Below, in pieces: positions 22,578 through 36,225 of a stretch of 64,000 nt of DNA (within the stretch, counting starts at the first letter, position 1; every line of letters begins with the position of its first letter). Origin of the DNA: Lama guanicoe (lineage: Eukaryota); contig MU054908.1 of assembly GCA_013239625.1 (NCBI GenBank), forward strand, positions 14,622,460-14,686,459, in the 5' to 3' direction. The position numbers and the translations under genes were made by a program. The notes under the pieces are model-generated. The model was not told the DNA's origin. It saw only the letters and a list, made by a program, of their open reading frames with translations, and searched no databases.

Positions 22578-23202
22578 ATCAATTATTTGATAAAGCTTCT
22601 TGTATATTTCTTTTCATTGTCATTGCTATCACCAAAGCTCAGACATATTTTTCTTGTTCCTTTAATTTGTGGATTTCTCCTCCTTTCCATTTGTATTTTT
22701 AAATTTTAAAATATTTTCCTTCTCTACATAATATAAGCAAAAAGAAGAAAGTTTAAGTATAGCTTATAATCCTGTCACTGAAGATAAATACTGTTAATGT
22801 TTTAGGATAATCTTCCACTTTTTCCTAATGATACGGGGGAGGAGAGAAAATGTATTGTTTGCATTTACAAAAAGAGAATCATATTGTATATTTTGATTTG
22901 TAACATGCTTTTAAAAAAAAACTTTATAACATAGATCTCTTCCTCTGCCCTAAAGTTTCCTCTATAACATAATTTTTAATGACCTAATAGCAGTATGTTG
23001 TATTTTATTAAGCTGTTTTCAATTTTCAGGATTAAGAACAGCTCTGACCATTTCAACATTATATCATAGTTCCCTTCTCCAAATTCATAATGTTTATTGT
23101 CAGTGCCACTTATTTCACCTCTTATCACAATCTACTTTATGATATTTTAATATTGTTACTTATCTTTTTATAAGCTTGTGTTTTGGTTTTACCCAGTATT
23201 GT

Positions 23203-23533
23203 GTGTATCAGTCACACTAGGTCAGTTATGCTGCAGTAACAAACAACCTGAAATTCTCAGTGACTTACAACAACAAAAATATTTATTTCCCACTCATATT
23301 TTATGTTGGCTCCAGGTTAGCTGTGGGTCAGCCTCTCTCTGGGACATGCCATTCTTGTGGAGGGGAAAAGCATGATGGGGGAATCGTGTGGTGACTCCCA
23401 AAGCTTTGGCTTGAAAGTTCAGTATATCACTCCCACTCATATTTTATTGGCCAAAGCAAGTAGCATGGTCAAGCCTGATGTCAGTGGGTGGGGAGGTATA
23501 ATCCTCTCACATGGAGATAATGATAAAATCCAC
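23203..23533 (-). mobile_element. MaLR LTR (MLT1I/J-like)
   Basis: GTTATGCTGCAGTAACAAACAACC and ATTGGCCAAAGCAAGT. Confidence 0.8.
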
Positions 23534-25789
23534 CTCAGTTCTAAATTCCTGTGGATACATGTATTTTGCTTATTCTTTATGTATCATCTTTATGAACTAG
23601 CTGGATTTTGTGGGCAAAATTATTAAATAGCTTTATTTTTTTTTTACTGCCTTTCAGACAGGACAGAATGGCAGCCCCTTCCCCAGCTATGGACATTACC
23701 TGGGCCAGATCTGAAAGATTTTCTTACAACTTTGAGGTATTATTACACAGTCTTGTCTTCATAACTTAAAAAGTTCAGTTGATCAAAATAAAAACTTTAA
23801 TCCCTCATTCAGTTCAAAGCATCTCTCTTCCACAGCTCTTCACCAGACCTAGGTTTGAACACAGGCAGTGAGGGGGTCTCCTTTTCTCTACCTTCCCCCC
23901 AATCATTTTGCTTGACTGGGACCACATTGGTTTAATTGGTCAGGCTCTCTGCCTAACAGATGAAGTTACTGGCTCTTTCTCTCATGGGATGTTTTTGTGG
24001 GTTGTTTGAAGACTCCCTGCTAGAGGTCCCCACCGCACTGTTCCCTAATGTGGGTAAGCGTCTTCCAGCTGAACCCACCACAGCTCCCTGCTTCTCCCCT
24101 TACATCCCAGGACCACTCTTCCTCTCAGGGACATCTCATCAGGCAGACAGACTCCTAGGATGAAGATGCTTTAAGACAACTCACTAATGCAACATTGTAA
24201 ATCAACTATACTTCAATTTAAAAAAAAAGATGATGGTGGCTTAGACTAGAGCATAGGAGGGGAGGGGTGAGAAGCAGTCAGATTCTGGATCTTTTGAAGG
24301 TAGAGCCAAGAGAATTAAAAAAGAAAGAAAGAAACATATAAAGAAAGCAAACCTCATGCTGACCACGTACTGCGATGTCCACTCTGGTTCACTGGAAATA
24401 CTCATATTTTTCCTCCAACAAATTCTGAAAGTGCTGGTTATTCCCACTATAACCTTCACTTCTCACTCTGTCATCAGGGGCAACTCTAGTGAGTCCCTGT
24501 CTTTTGAATTTTCCAGGTGCAAGTCAGTCTCCAAGTCCTCTAGACACCTGAAGATCCATGGCAAGTTCTCTGAGATCTTCTCTTGCAGCTTCTTATCTCA
24601 CTTAGGTAGGGTTGGGGTAGGGAGATTTCAATGCTTATGCTCCAATAACTGTTTCCACCTCCGACAAGTCTCATCTTTTCTATAGGCTGGAGGTAGGAGA
24701 TAGGCTTAGAGCCACAAAGTAAGTCTTATAACCTCTTACCAGATCCTTAAAGCTAGGTCAGCAGTTCCTTTAGTTTATTACTTTGGGGCAATAGTCACAA
24801 AGACAAAAGGATATCATGCCATATACATTCAGAATAAATGTTTTCTACTTATGATATAATTTACACATAAACTGGTTAACATCAGGCCTAAGTGAGAGAT
24901 GGGAGAGGGTGATCTCTAGTTACTTTTGTAAAAATTTACCTCTTTCTTACATCTAAGATAGCTACATAGAAGACTTTTACCACTATAAAAATAATTTTTA
25001 AAAAGCACAGACTTGTGAAACAGCAAACAAGACCAGAAAGTTCAGAATTATGATTGATATGAATGAAAAGGATTATAATATCAAAGGAGAGCAGTTATGA
25101 AAACTGACCTGTCCCATCCATCCCTGGAAACTGTGATCAACTGGGAAAAGGGTACACTTAAAAAGGTCTGGGAGTTCAGAACTCAGCCATTCCCCAGTTT
25201 AGTTCAACTCAGCTTTATCTGTTATTAATCTTACAAGGGAAAAAAACCAATGCAGAGACCTGGGAGTATTATTTCAAATCTTGGCTGCTAGCAAATGAAA
25301 AACAGATTGAACAAGTTTGGCTTGTGATTCATTCTACAATTTAAAGTCCCTGCCCTTTAATTTAGTCCTTTGAATGCAACCGTAGTAGGTTTGCATCCTT
25401 GTATTTGGATAATGAGCCAACCCACCATGAAGGCTGAAAGCTGTGTCTGGGCTGCTTGCTGGCACTAGATTGCATTGGGTGCAATGACATTATGCTCCCA
25501 ACAGTGTTAATTATAAGGGTCTTAGAATAGAAACATGGAACAGAAAATCAAAGATGTTTTTAGTTCACCGCTAGTAAACAGATGGCAAGCCACAAATGGC
25601 AGAGGTTCTCTTTGTTGGAGGTAAAACCACTGAGATATTGACCAGTTTTTAAAGCCCAAGATATTTTAACCGTGTAGTTGATAATAGGAATTTTTTCCCC
25701 TGAAATTTAGTTCTGGAGTGCTTTCACCTAGACTTTAATAAGAGCAAAAAAGTGATGTTTTTGGAGTCTCTGTCACTCTGGGCTAATCT

Positions 25790-26090
25790 AATCCTGAACA
25801 GTATATCTACCCTAATCTTCTCTACCACTCCCCCGACTCCGGATTGATCGTTCCCTCCTTCTGGCCCTTCTCCTCTCTGCGTGCTCCTGTCACAGCACTT
25901 TCCATATCGTATTGTCATGATTTGGGTGCCTTAGTAGGTGCTCTGAGTTTGCTGAAATCTGTGAATGGATTTCAGTCTTTTATTTTAGATGTTTATTCTC
26001 TTAGGTATTACTGTAATTTTAACATTTCTTTTCCTTCTAATTAGATCACAAGCATTTTGAGCACAGGGACCTTTTCTTATTCATCTTTGT
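25790..26090 (+). mobile_element. L2 3' fragment
   Basis: CAGGGACCTTTTCTTATTCATCTTTGTA terminal motif. Confidence 0.6.
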
Positions 26091-26129
26091 AAAAATTTCC
26101 ATTTGGTTTTTTATATTTTCTATTTCTTG

Positions 26130-26680
26130 TCTGAGAATTGTTGTCTTTGTATATGTTTAAGAGTGTTCACCCTTACTTCCTAGAACATTTTTATAAAAGC
26201 TGCTTCAAGTACTTTGCCATATCATTCGAACGTATGTGTCATTTTGGTGTTGGTATCTAGATGACTTTCTCTTCCAACGTGAGTTGAGACTTTAGTGGTT
26301 CTTTCAATGCTGAGCAATTTTGGATGGTGTTCTGGATATTTTGAATATTACAGGGCTCTGGGTCTTATTGAAATCTTAAGAGAATGTTCATATTTTTATT
26401 TTAGTGGGTAATTGACCTAGTTGGGTTCAGGCTGCAAATTTTGACCACACTTCTAGGTTTGGGTCTGTCTTGAGTTCAGGCTAGGGAATACTGAAGGAAC
26501 AAAAGCTGGAGAGTCACCAGCAGCTCGGTAATACTTCAAATTCTGATCTTCTCCTATCTGTCTGCTACTCTTTACTTTTCAAGTGTCCTAAAATAGCTGC
26601 TCCATGTATACTGTTTAGATTTTATAGTGGTATCTAGTGGGTAAAACAGAGTGAATTATGCTATCTTGACCAGAACAGTA
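26130..26680 (-). mobile_element. Old L1 5'-region fragment (L1M4/L1MD-like)
   Basis: AATTTTGGATGGTGTTCTGGATATTTTGAATATTA and TACTTCAAATTCTG...AAATAGCTGCTCCATG. Confidence 0.55.
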
Positions 26681-27627
26681 CCTTACTAAGTCATTTTTTT
26701 AAATGTGTATCTTTCATTTCTATGGAGGTTTTATAGAAGAAATGACCATACGAAGAATGGTTCTGAGTTTCTAATAAAGTCCTTATGATGTATCCTGATA
26801 CATTGCAGGGTTTAAAGTGCTCTTTGCAAAGAATTTGGAAAATGTGGAAAAAGCATAAACCTTGATATTAAACAATCCTAGATCTGAACCTAGATTTCAT
26901 AGAATGGAAAATGGATTACTATGACATTCACTGAGAGGATAAAATCATACCATGTATGTAAATTCCCCAGCATACATAAGATAGAAAATAAATGTTAATT
27001 CCACTTCCTTTTAGAATTGAGTATCAGGAAAAGACTGCTTGAAGAAATAGTATGTTTCTTTTGGTCAGATGGGAAGAATTATGTAACTTGTATTTTTCTT
27101 CATGCTTTGGCTGACAGGAGGCTCAGAGCTAAGTGTGATGAGCAATCAATATGTTCATTTGTGGAACTGGTATATTTGCCTCTGTGGAATAACATGGCAT
27201 TTTATTTTCCATTTTTTTAATTGCAATAGCCAAATTGTATAATGTGACTTTTACAGTAAACTATTTTAAGGTTTTTGGATGTAGATAGAACGTTGCCATA
27301 AAAAAGCTAGCATAAACTATGCCTTTTATTTATATGGTATTACTAAACATTTTATGCTCCTTAATTGAAAGTCTGCAGTTATTTCTTTCTAAAATAGATC
27401 ACTTCAAATTAAGATAGAGACACTTATTTCAGAGTCATGAACACTTGGTCATGGAATAGTCACGGCTTACAACTGAAATTCATATTTTACAATTAGAGCT
27501 AGCATTTGAGATCTCAAATTGGCATTGCTCCTCTATATGACCTATTTTTAAAATATTTAATATAAGATGCTGACAACATATTATATTTTTCTATCAAAAT
27601 CAGATGGTGTGATAAGATGTAGTTGTA

Positions 27628-27772
27628 CAGGGAACTATGTTCAATATCTTGTAATAACTTTTAACGGGAAAAATATGAAAATGAATATATGTATGTATAT
27701 GCATGACTGGGACATTGTGCTGTACACCAGAGATTGACACGTTGTAACTGACTGTACTTCAATTAAAAAAAA
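27628..27772 (+). mobile_element. Lineage-specific L1 3' end
   Basis: CAGGGAACTATGTTCAATATCTTGTAATAAC...GCTGTACACCAGA...CTTCAATTAAAAAAAAA; degenerate TSD AAGATGTAGTTGTA / AAAATGTGGTTGCA. Confidence 0.9.
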
Positions 27773-28682
27773 ATGTGGTTGCATAATCTTCCTTCTTTCA
27801 AATGTTATTAGCATATTCATCACAGCTAACAGTATGCCCTTCTTTGTTAAACAGGAGGAATTGGTTTAGAGTCTAAAGGCATTCACAGTAAGCACATGTT
27901 GCATTAAACGACTCCTATTTAAAATAGGTTTGGTTAGATTTTGAAATAATGAAGCATCTTATGCTGTTGATGAAAGCTTTCTTTTCTTCTTTCAGATTTC
28001 CCTTAGAAGGAGCCATTTTTAAATAGAGGTGTTTTTCTAACTACAGCTTGATTTATGCCAATATGTTTTTAAAAGGGTTGTATGAGTATGTTGTAAGGCC
28101 AGATGTTTAAACAGTTTTCTTTTGTTTTTAATTTGCAGGCACAAGCTCACCTTTCACAGGGCCGCACAACTCCCTAATTATTGATTGACATCTGTTTCTG
28201 AAGCCTTAGATTTTTCCTACCAATGCAGGTTATGGCAGTGCAGCAGTGTCTGTGTGCCTGGCTTACTGAATTTGAGGTAAAACTTTGCTTTTTAAAATGG
28301 GTTGGCCAAATTCTGCCTGCTAAGATCTCCTTTGGGCTTAACTGTACTTGTAATTTGCCACATCAAGTGAAATAGGATGAAAACCTGTCCTATGTCACCA
28401 GGAATTCCTCTCTAAATTCAGTTGGAATCCTATAATTTAGTTCATTGACTTATTGTAGGAAAAGTCAGTGATATTCTTGTTTGCTTTTTGTATGTTCTTA
28501 CTCTTGTTTACCAAAAAGATATACAAATACTCTTCAACTTTAGGCAAAAATTGGTGACTGTAGCTGGGAATTGGAAAAGCTTAAGAACCCCTCAAATTAA
28601 TGTCACAATTTTAAGATGCAGCAAAATAAGCAGGGAAATTGTTCATCTAATAGAGAATTTATTAAGTCAATCAACACCTGAT

Positions 28683-29333
28683 TTTTTTATTTTGTTTTTT
28701 AATTGTAGTATAGTCACCTTACAATTATGTCACTTTCTGGTGTACAGCATGTTTCAGTCATACATATACATATATATATTCCTTTTCGTATTCTTTTTCA
28801 TTATAGGTTACTACAACATACTGAATATTGTTCCCTGTGCTATACAACATATACTTGTTGTTTATCTATTTCATATATAGTACTTAGTATCTGCAAATCT
28901 CAAACTCCCAATTTATCTCTTACTACCACCTTCCCCCCTGGCAACCATAGTTTGTTTTCTATGTCTGTGAGTCAGTTTCTGTTTTGTAAGTAAGCTCATG
29001 TCCTTTTTTTTTTTTANNNNNNNNNNNNNNNNNNNNNNNNNNNNNNNNNNNNNNNNNNNNNNNNNNNNNNNNNNNNNNNNNNNNNNNNNNNNNNNNNNNN
29101 NNNNNNNNNNNNNNNNNNNNNNNNNNNNNNNNNNNNNNNNNNNNNNNNNNNNNNNNNNNNNNNNNNTGTGTATACAAAAACCTTCCTTATCCAGTCATCT
29201 GTCAATGGACATTTAGGTTGTTTCCATGTCTTGGCTATTGTAAATAGCGCTGCTGTGAACCTTGGGGTGCTTGTATCTTTTTGAATTAGAGTTCCCTCCA
29301 GATATATGCCTAGGAGGCAGATTGCTGGATTAT
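28683..29333 (-). mobile_element. Lineage-specific L1 3' end spanning an assembly gap
   Basis: TTCCCTGTGCTATACA and GGACATTTAGGTTGTTTCCATGTCTTGGCTATTGTAAATAG; same family as 15893-16135. Confidence 0.92.
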
Positions 29334-29639
29334 AAATACATGATTATTTTAAATTGTTTAACAGAAATGTAGCTTAAAGAATACTCACAATTAGTCGAAA
29401 GAAGGCAGTTACAGAACCCACATCCCAATACATCCTCAAAACATTAGCCCCCTTGGCGCCTGTGTCATCCTGGGTTTGCAGTTTCTCGAGCCTCACACAT
29501 TGTCTTCCAAATGACCCTTCTCACAAGCTATCCCTCTTTTCACTTTATATTTTCTTCAAGTTTCAGCTTACGTATTACTTTCTGATCTCCGGGACTAGGT
29601 TCGACTTTGTATTATTCACTTGCAGCTGGCAATTAAAAT

Positions 29640-29780
29640 AATAGTGGGAGGTAAATGAGCTAGGTGGTCCTCAACCTCATTTTAGAGATGAGATAAACTG
29701 AGGCACAGAGCAGTGAGATGATTTACCCATGATCACACCAGTGAGTGACAGAACTTGATGAAATGTCTTTTGATGCTCTA
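29640..29780 (-). mobile_element. MIR SINE
   Basis: CATTTTAGAGATGAGATAAACTGAGGCACAGAG. Confidence 0.75.
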
Positions 29781-30341
29781 CAGCAAGTTTTTTGAATTAG
29801 GAAAATGACTCTCACCCTAAACATAAATAAGGTCCTCTAAACTTCCAAAAGCAAACAAATCTAAGGGGCTTGTAAGAGCTTAATTTGCCATCTTATATTT
29901 GGGTTAAGAGCAAAACATGATATAATCGTATAACTGAAATATAAGTTTTCCAAAGAGTAGGAATAGCAGAAAGGGATTTAGGAGTCAATGAACAACAGCA
30001 TAAGTATGAATTTCATGTGATGATGTTTAAAGCACAGGAGACTGAATTTTATATGTTGGAAGACAATGCATTTCTGGAGTCAGAAGGGGGAAAAAGGCAT
30101 TCCACATTGTACTGATCTAAATGTTAGCAGAGAAATGTGTCCTGCTTTGTGTTTCACAACTTCAGAAAAGAGCAGAGAATTCTAGTGGGGTCAAGGCATT
30201 TTACAAAGCTAATTATATTACTAGAAATATTATCTGAAATTTGGAAATAAGCAAAAGAGTTACCAGTCCAGTGCTAGGCTTGACTTTCTATTTCCAGGCC
30301 TATTTTGTAACCCTGCACATGCAGAGATTAACTTGCAGATA

Positions 30342-30947
30342 GAGCTGAGCCTCATTACTCCTGGTAGTGATGTTCTATAAAGTCTCCGTGAATACTAAAT
30401 TGGCAAATATTACTTCTACAGGAAATACAGCGCTAGGTTCCTGAAAGCTTCTGGTCACAACATTTTCATTAACTGATCAATATATAGCCTTGTTTCATGC
30501 GTGTTTCTCTTTAAAAACATCTTATTTAATATATACATACATAATGTTAATTCATTAGCATTGAATCACGGCTGAAAGTATTATAACTCATGCTTGAACA
30601 AAACATAAGACACACCGCAGCGTGCTTGCACTAGGAACGCTAGACAGCACTTTAGCACTATGCTTGAGGGCCATTTTAAACAGCAAAATCACCAACAGAA
30701 CCACACAGAAGTGTAAAAAAAAACACGGCACTAAGTAGGCTAGGAAAAGGACACTTGTTCACAGTGTTAGAGTTGCACCAAGAAGGCAGTGTCATTTGCT
30801 GGACATGCACATCAGGCAACTCAGATTTTTCACTGCTCTGTGCATGTCCTTGATTGACCACAAAAGCGTGGTGAGTATTAATTTGGGGGTTACAGGTAAA
30901 TTTTAATGAGCAGGCAATGGAATTCGCAAATAACAAAGATCGACTTT
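30342..30947 (-). mobile_element. MER82 DNA transposon relic, near full length
   Basis: Colinear with the copy at 5845-6457 and retains both termini. Confidence 0.85.
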
Positions 30948-32712
30948 ATTCACCCCCAAGAGATGCAAATAAGAGCTACCCAGCGGAACGGAGTCCTGTG
31001 GCTCTACTAGGGGGTTAACCAACTTTATACCTAGGACAGGATCAGTTAGTTTGCCTTTATCAGCCTAGTTGCTCATTTGCTCCTTGAACTGGTTTTAATA
31101 TCCTTCTGGTTTCCTTACTAATTGAATTGAATAAAATCTTTGACATGTGTTCATTTTTTATTTCTCTGATAGTCACTTTTTTAACAATTTGAAAATTGTA
31201 CTCTAGAAATTTTCAGAGACTAAGACACTGAGAAAACACACCCATAACTGCTAAATGAGGGGAAAGAACTAGAAAAGTTCTTAAGTCCTTTCTTTCTGGT
31301 CTAAATTCTGCAATATTAGGAGACTAGACAGCCTTGAGAAGGAATGAGGGAAGGATAGTTCAGAATTATTCAAACTATATTGATTGTAATATAATGTTAA
31401 ATATTTTTACTTTATTAACATTTTCTAATCCTAATCTATGCAAGGACACTGTCAGAAAAGAAAAAATTCTCTGAAAGTTGAAATAGAAATAAGCCATCTA
31501 AATCATCTACAGAGAGTATCAAAAGATTACTTAAACTAGTATCTGGGTAAAGGTAACAATTTTTCAGTCTTAATAATAGAGGTTATATTTAGTATCATGA
31601 GAAACAGTTGCCTGTTTGTCACAGGATTTCTGCCATTTGTGATTTCAATAATTGCTTCATCATATAAATCTACCACAGATTCCCCTGCTGAATTAATGAA
31701 GGAAAATGAAATTATGCTGATTCTTTCTTTCTTTTAGCTTTAATTTCCAGGCAACTTCGAGTGAAATTTGAAGCTCAGCTATAACAACTATACAGTTTTT
31801 CAAGACCTGTGCCTTTATAAGCCTTTTCCTCTTTCTAATCTTATTTGTAATTTATTCTACTTAATTAGAAATCGACTAAAATATGTTTATAATGCACTAT
31901 ATGTTAATTACAAATTTATTACTATTTATTTGTAATTTCCTCAATCCTAACTTTCTGTCTCTATTTTACTCTTTCATTTTACATGTCTTTTGTTGTCAGC
32001 CATACAATTCTGGAATTAGAAGGGGAAAAGTATTCTCCTTTGGGTAAGGAGACAGAGTATACACAGGAAAACAGACTAATAAAGGAAATAAGTAAATAGA
32101 GGAAAACATTAAATTGTCTTTTAGATAGAAGGAGAACAAGCCATTGCTTTCCTGCAGGCAGAACTATGTCTACAGCTTCTTATATGGACGCTGGCATCCT
32201 GGTTTTATGCTCATGAGCCAGGGGTGACCTTAACAACTGGCCCTCTAGCTGATTATTGCTAGAAGAAAGGCTTCAGGCTGAGGACTTCCTATGCTTGACA
32301 TGATAAAGAAGAGATATCATAAAAGGCTCACTATCTTTTAGGCAGAGGAAGATAAGATACTTTACTTCTCAGGACTAACTTTATACCCCAAGGCCAGAAA
32401 AGTCATACCAAAAAAATTGAGTTTTCCACCTGTCCGATTTTACCCATGCCACCTCCCTTGCTTGAAAAAGGAGGGTCATGAAAAGCCTTAGAAATGTGCC
32501 AAAATTACTCAGAAATATAAATTGTTTAAATTTTGACTTACAAAACTGAAGATTAGCTGCATTGAAGAGTAACTGTAAGGGTAGAAGTGACTCCACCCTT
32601 GAGGACAGCAGGACTTAGTAGCCTCAGTGCCTCAGATTCTTGGTGGGAGTGGGGGATTATGAGGAGATGGCGAGAAGGAGCATTCTGTCTTTTTAAAGTA
32701 ATTATTTTCAGT

Positions 32713-32833
32713 GGAGGAGGGTTTAGCTTATGCTTAGCATGCATGAGGTCCTGGGTTCAATCCCTAGTCCCTCCATGAAAAGAAAGGAAGAAAGGAAGAA
32801 AGAAAGAAAAAAGAAAGGAAGAAAGGAAGAAAC
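32713..32833 (+). mobile_element. Camelid SINE with internal deletion and (GAAA/GGAA)n tail
   Basis: GGAGGGTTTAGCT...ATGCTTAGCATGCATGAGGTCCTGGGTTCAATCCC followed by a purine microsatellite at ~32777-32833. Confidence 0.88.
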
Positions 32834-35059
32834 ATATGTTCATATTTCAAGATTTTGAAAAATTTAGTAAAGGTCACAGAAGAATATAAAAATCACTTGC
32901 CACACTATCACTCAAGAGATAACCTATACTAACATTTTACTGTCTTTCTAGCCTTCTAAACTTTGTTCAGGTATGCATATATTCCCCCTCTGAGGAGCTA
33001 TGGTGTTACAAAAAGATCATTTAAAGAAGGAATCATACTTTTACATGTAGATGATAAATAAATGTTTGATTGAAACTTGATTTCTAAAAGGAGAAGATTA
33101 TGAAACTAAATTCAATTTATCTCATACTGAACAAAATTTAGGTTGGAGTTGAAACTATGCATGAAATCTTACCATGAATCAAGCTCTTGACTTTGTTTTG
33201 GAGCAATTGATTGAACAAAATATAGTTGATACTTGCAGCATAATTAAAAACATAGTTCATTGGTTTAATAATTAAATCATTCTTTTTACAAGTGCCTGTT
33301 GTATTATGACTCTCATCTACTTTCTTTTCTTTAATTAACAAATTTAATCTTAAATTGTGTCAGATTCTCATTATCAATAACTTCGTCTATCTTTGAAAAA
33401 TTAGAGACAGGGAGGTAAGAATCTTTATTTCCTAAGACTAATTTTACAGCTACAGACCTCATGGAATTCTGGCACCTTTAACAAGATTTGCAACCTTCAT
33501 TTTCAGTCAGGTTGCACTGTATTCCCATTCTTTTAGCAGATGTTTACTGTATCTAAAAATCAGATGGAGATGACTGACCAAGTTGTAGATGCCATGTACA
33601 AGGATAGAAAGACCAGTGTTAAATATGTGGGAATTTGAGCAGTGATTTCATTACTGAATATTTTCATGTGATAATAAATTCTGCTTCTTTTCACCATATC
33701 TTATGTGTATGGACTTGGATAATAAACACAAACCCCTCTGTACTTGATAACAGTACCAAGTAGTGGGTGGAGATGTGCATGGTGTGAGACAGGGGCTGTG
33801 CAGGAGACAAATTGTTTCCCAGGCTTCTCCTAGAGGAAGCCAGGACCTTGGGAATGACAGGCTGGTTTATGATGGAGGGAAGGAAAAATAAAGACAGTGA
33901 GAGTTAAAGGGAGACAGCATAAGAAAAGGTGTTCAGAGCTGTGCACCAGGGGACTGTTACCACAGGGGATTGGAATAGCTGGGTTCAGCTGCCAGGTGTA
34001 TCCAACGCCTTGAAGCAAGTCAGTTCCCCCAGGGGCACTTGTTATCCTTTGTAAAATGAAGGGCTGAGCTGCACCCAATCCTTAGGATTTATTATGTTTC
34101 TAAAAATTCTGTAATTCTATGACCTGAGAATGTACAATATTTCTAAAGGATGCTGGAGCACTTAAGAAGATTTGAAAACTGTAATAATGTGATATTTGCT
34201 ATTTTAAAAGAGTTTATAGCTATTTGAGTATTTTTTCTAATACATGCTCTCATACTTTTTGCACTTAAATCTTTCTTCTATTTTTAATTGAACTAATTAA
34301 TTAGCTCGTAGGATGCCTTTATGTGGAATAGGAAAATGCTCCTTCTTTAGCTTGGCAAAATGACAAGGATTTTTTTTTTCAGTTTAGGTACTCCTTCCAC
34401 TGGATAGACAAAGCCAAATTATCCCTGTCCTGGGCTCTTAACCTGAAAGCGGTAGCCCTCTGATTAACAATCGCATTTGATTTTCTCTCAAATAATTTTT
34501 CAATTTCTACATGAAGTGAACATAAAAATGTTAAGATATCCAAATGGTTATAGGAGACAAACACAAGTATAGATAGGAAATTTGGTCAGATGGTACCTGG
34601 AGATGTACGTTGAGAGAAGAGAATTCCAGCCATTCAAAAACAAGTGGGCACATGAGATTATATATAATCACTTGTTAGAGGCTAAAATTGAGGTGTATCT
34701 TATAAATTGACATTATCATAGTACACATGCAGCTTTATACTGGTTTTAAAGACTTCCTGATTCCNNNNNNNNNNNNNNNNNNNNNNNNNNNNNNNNNNNN
34801 NNNNNNNNNNNNNNNNNNNNNNNNNNNNNNNNNNNNNNNNNNNNNNNNNNNNNNNNNNNNNNNNNNNNNNNNNNNNNNNNNNNNNNNNNNNNNNNNNNNN
34901 NNNNNNNNNNNNNNNNNNNNNNNNNNNNNNNNNNNNNNNNNNNNNNNNNNNNNNNNNNNNNGAATAACGTTAGGTGGTTGGGAATCTCAAAGAATGTGAA
35001 TGAACTATTTATAATTTCTACAACAGGAATGATAGCTAATATTTCTTGAGTGGTTCAAC

Positions 35060-35170
35060 AGGCCAGGCAGATAAAGAAACTGAGGAACAGGAAATTGCCC
35101 AGGGCCACATTTAAACCTGGGCAAATCTGACTGCAGAGTGTCCCACTTAACCAGTGCCTCCTGCCACCTA
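35060..35170 (-). mobile_element. MIR SINE
   Basis: CAGATAAAGAAACTGAGG...TTTAAACCTGGGCAAATCTGACT. Confidence 0.7.
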
Positions 35171-36225
35171 TGAGCTGCCGAGCTTCTACCACTATCCATG
35201 GTTAAGTAGTCAGATTTGGCAAGAGAAGTGGTTAGGTTTTGTCCTTTTGTTTTGTTTTGTTTTAATCTCATCATCAAGCAGATGTCATTTAATAGAGCAG
35301 TATTTTTTTCAGTTATCAATGTTTTATATTTCAGTTATGTTGAAGCCTCAACACATTAAAAATGATAGGGAAAGTTTTATCAGTCAAGACTATCTTTTCC
35401 ACCCTCTTTCTCTGCAACCCTTGCATCGGCTTAGCTGAGCAGAGTACCCGCAGCACCTGGTAATTCCCTATAAAGAGAGAAGCATAGAGCAAATGCACTC
35501 TTGAACTGAAACTGCAACTAAGAGGTTACATTTACACATGTATATGGCAGGAGAAATTATACAGCATAGTAGGCTGAGATTTCTTTGTAAACATCTATGA
35601 CTCAGGTCAACCATGGGAAGTTAAGAAAAAAGTTATTTCCCTGTTTTCAAAATAGAGAAACCGAAAGGACTGGACTTGCTGTTAGAACTGACGACACAGC
35701 TGCCCAGCGCTAGTCTCCTGCTGTAAGAATAAAGAAATGAAATCTGTCAAGTAATTCATGTTTAAACGTTGCTTCAAGAGGAAATCGGGTGAAGGGCACA
35801 ACACACCTCTCTAGTATTATCTTTGCTATTTCCTGTGCATCTATATTTATTCCAAAGTAAAAGGTTTTTTTTTTTAAAGTTCCTTCAGTATGGGACATGG
35901 ACTTTTAAACTTAAAAAAAATTACTTTTATATTCTTCAATTTAGTAGAAGAATAAGGGAAGACTGTCTGTGGTCAGGCCTTTGTCATTTTCAAAGGGTAT
36001 ATTTAGTGTCTGTGGAGGGTCGTTTTCCAAATAACGGACAGCAAGCAGAGAATAGTGGTAGAATGTTTCATCAAAAATACTCTCCCTTTTCCAACTCAAG
36101 AATTGAAATCAGAAGCAGTAATCAAGGAGTACCAACTATACATTATATTGCTATTTAATTTTTTTCCTAATGATAGAAATAAGACATTATAAAAATTTTG
36201 GTAAATATTGAAAATTATAAATAAA

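Noticed and set aside
33138-33341. Minus-strand ORF crossing a GTAAGA donor-like site
   Set aside because: No suitable acceptor, an in-frame stop shortly upstream, AT-rich and no homology.
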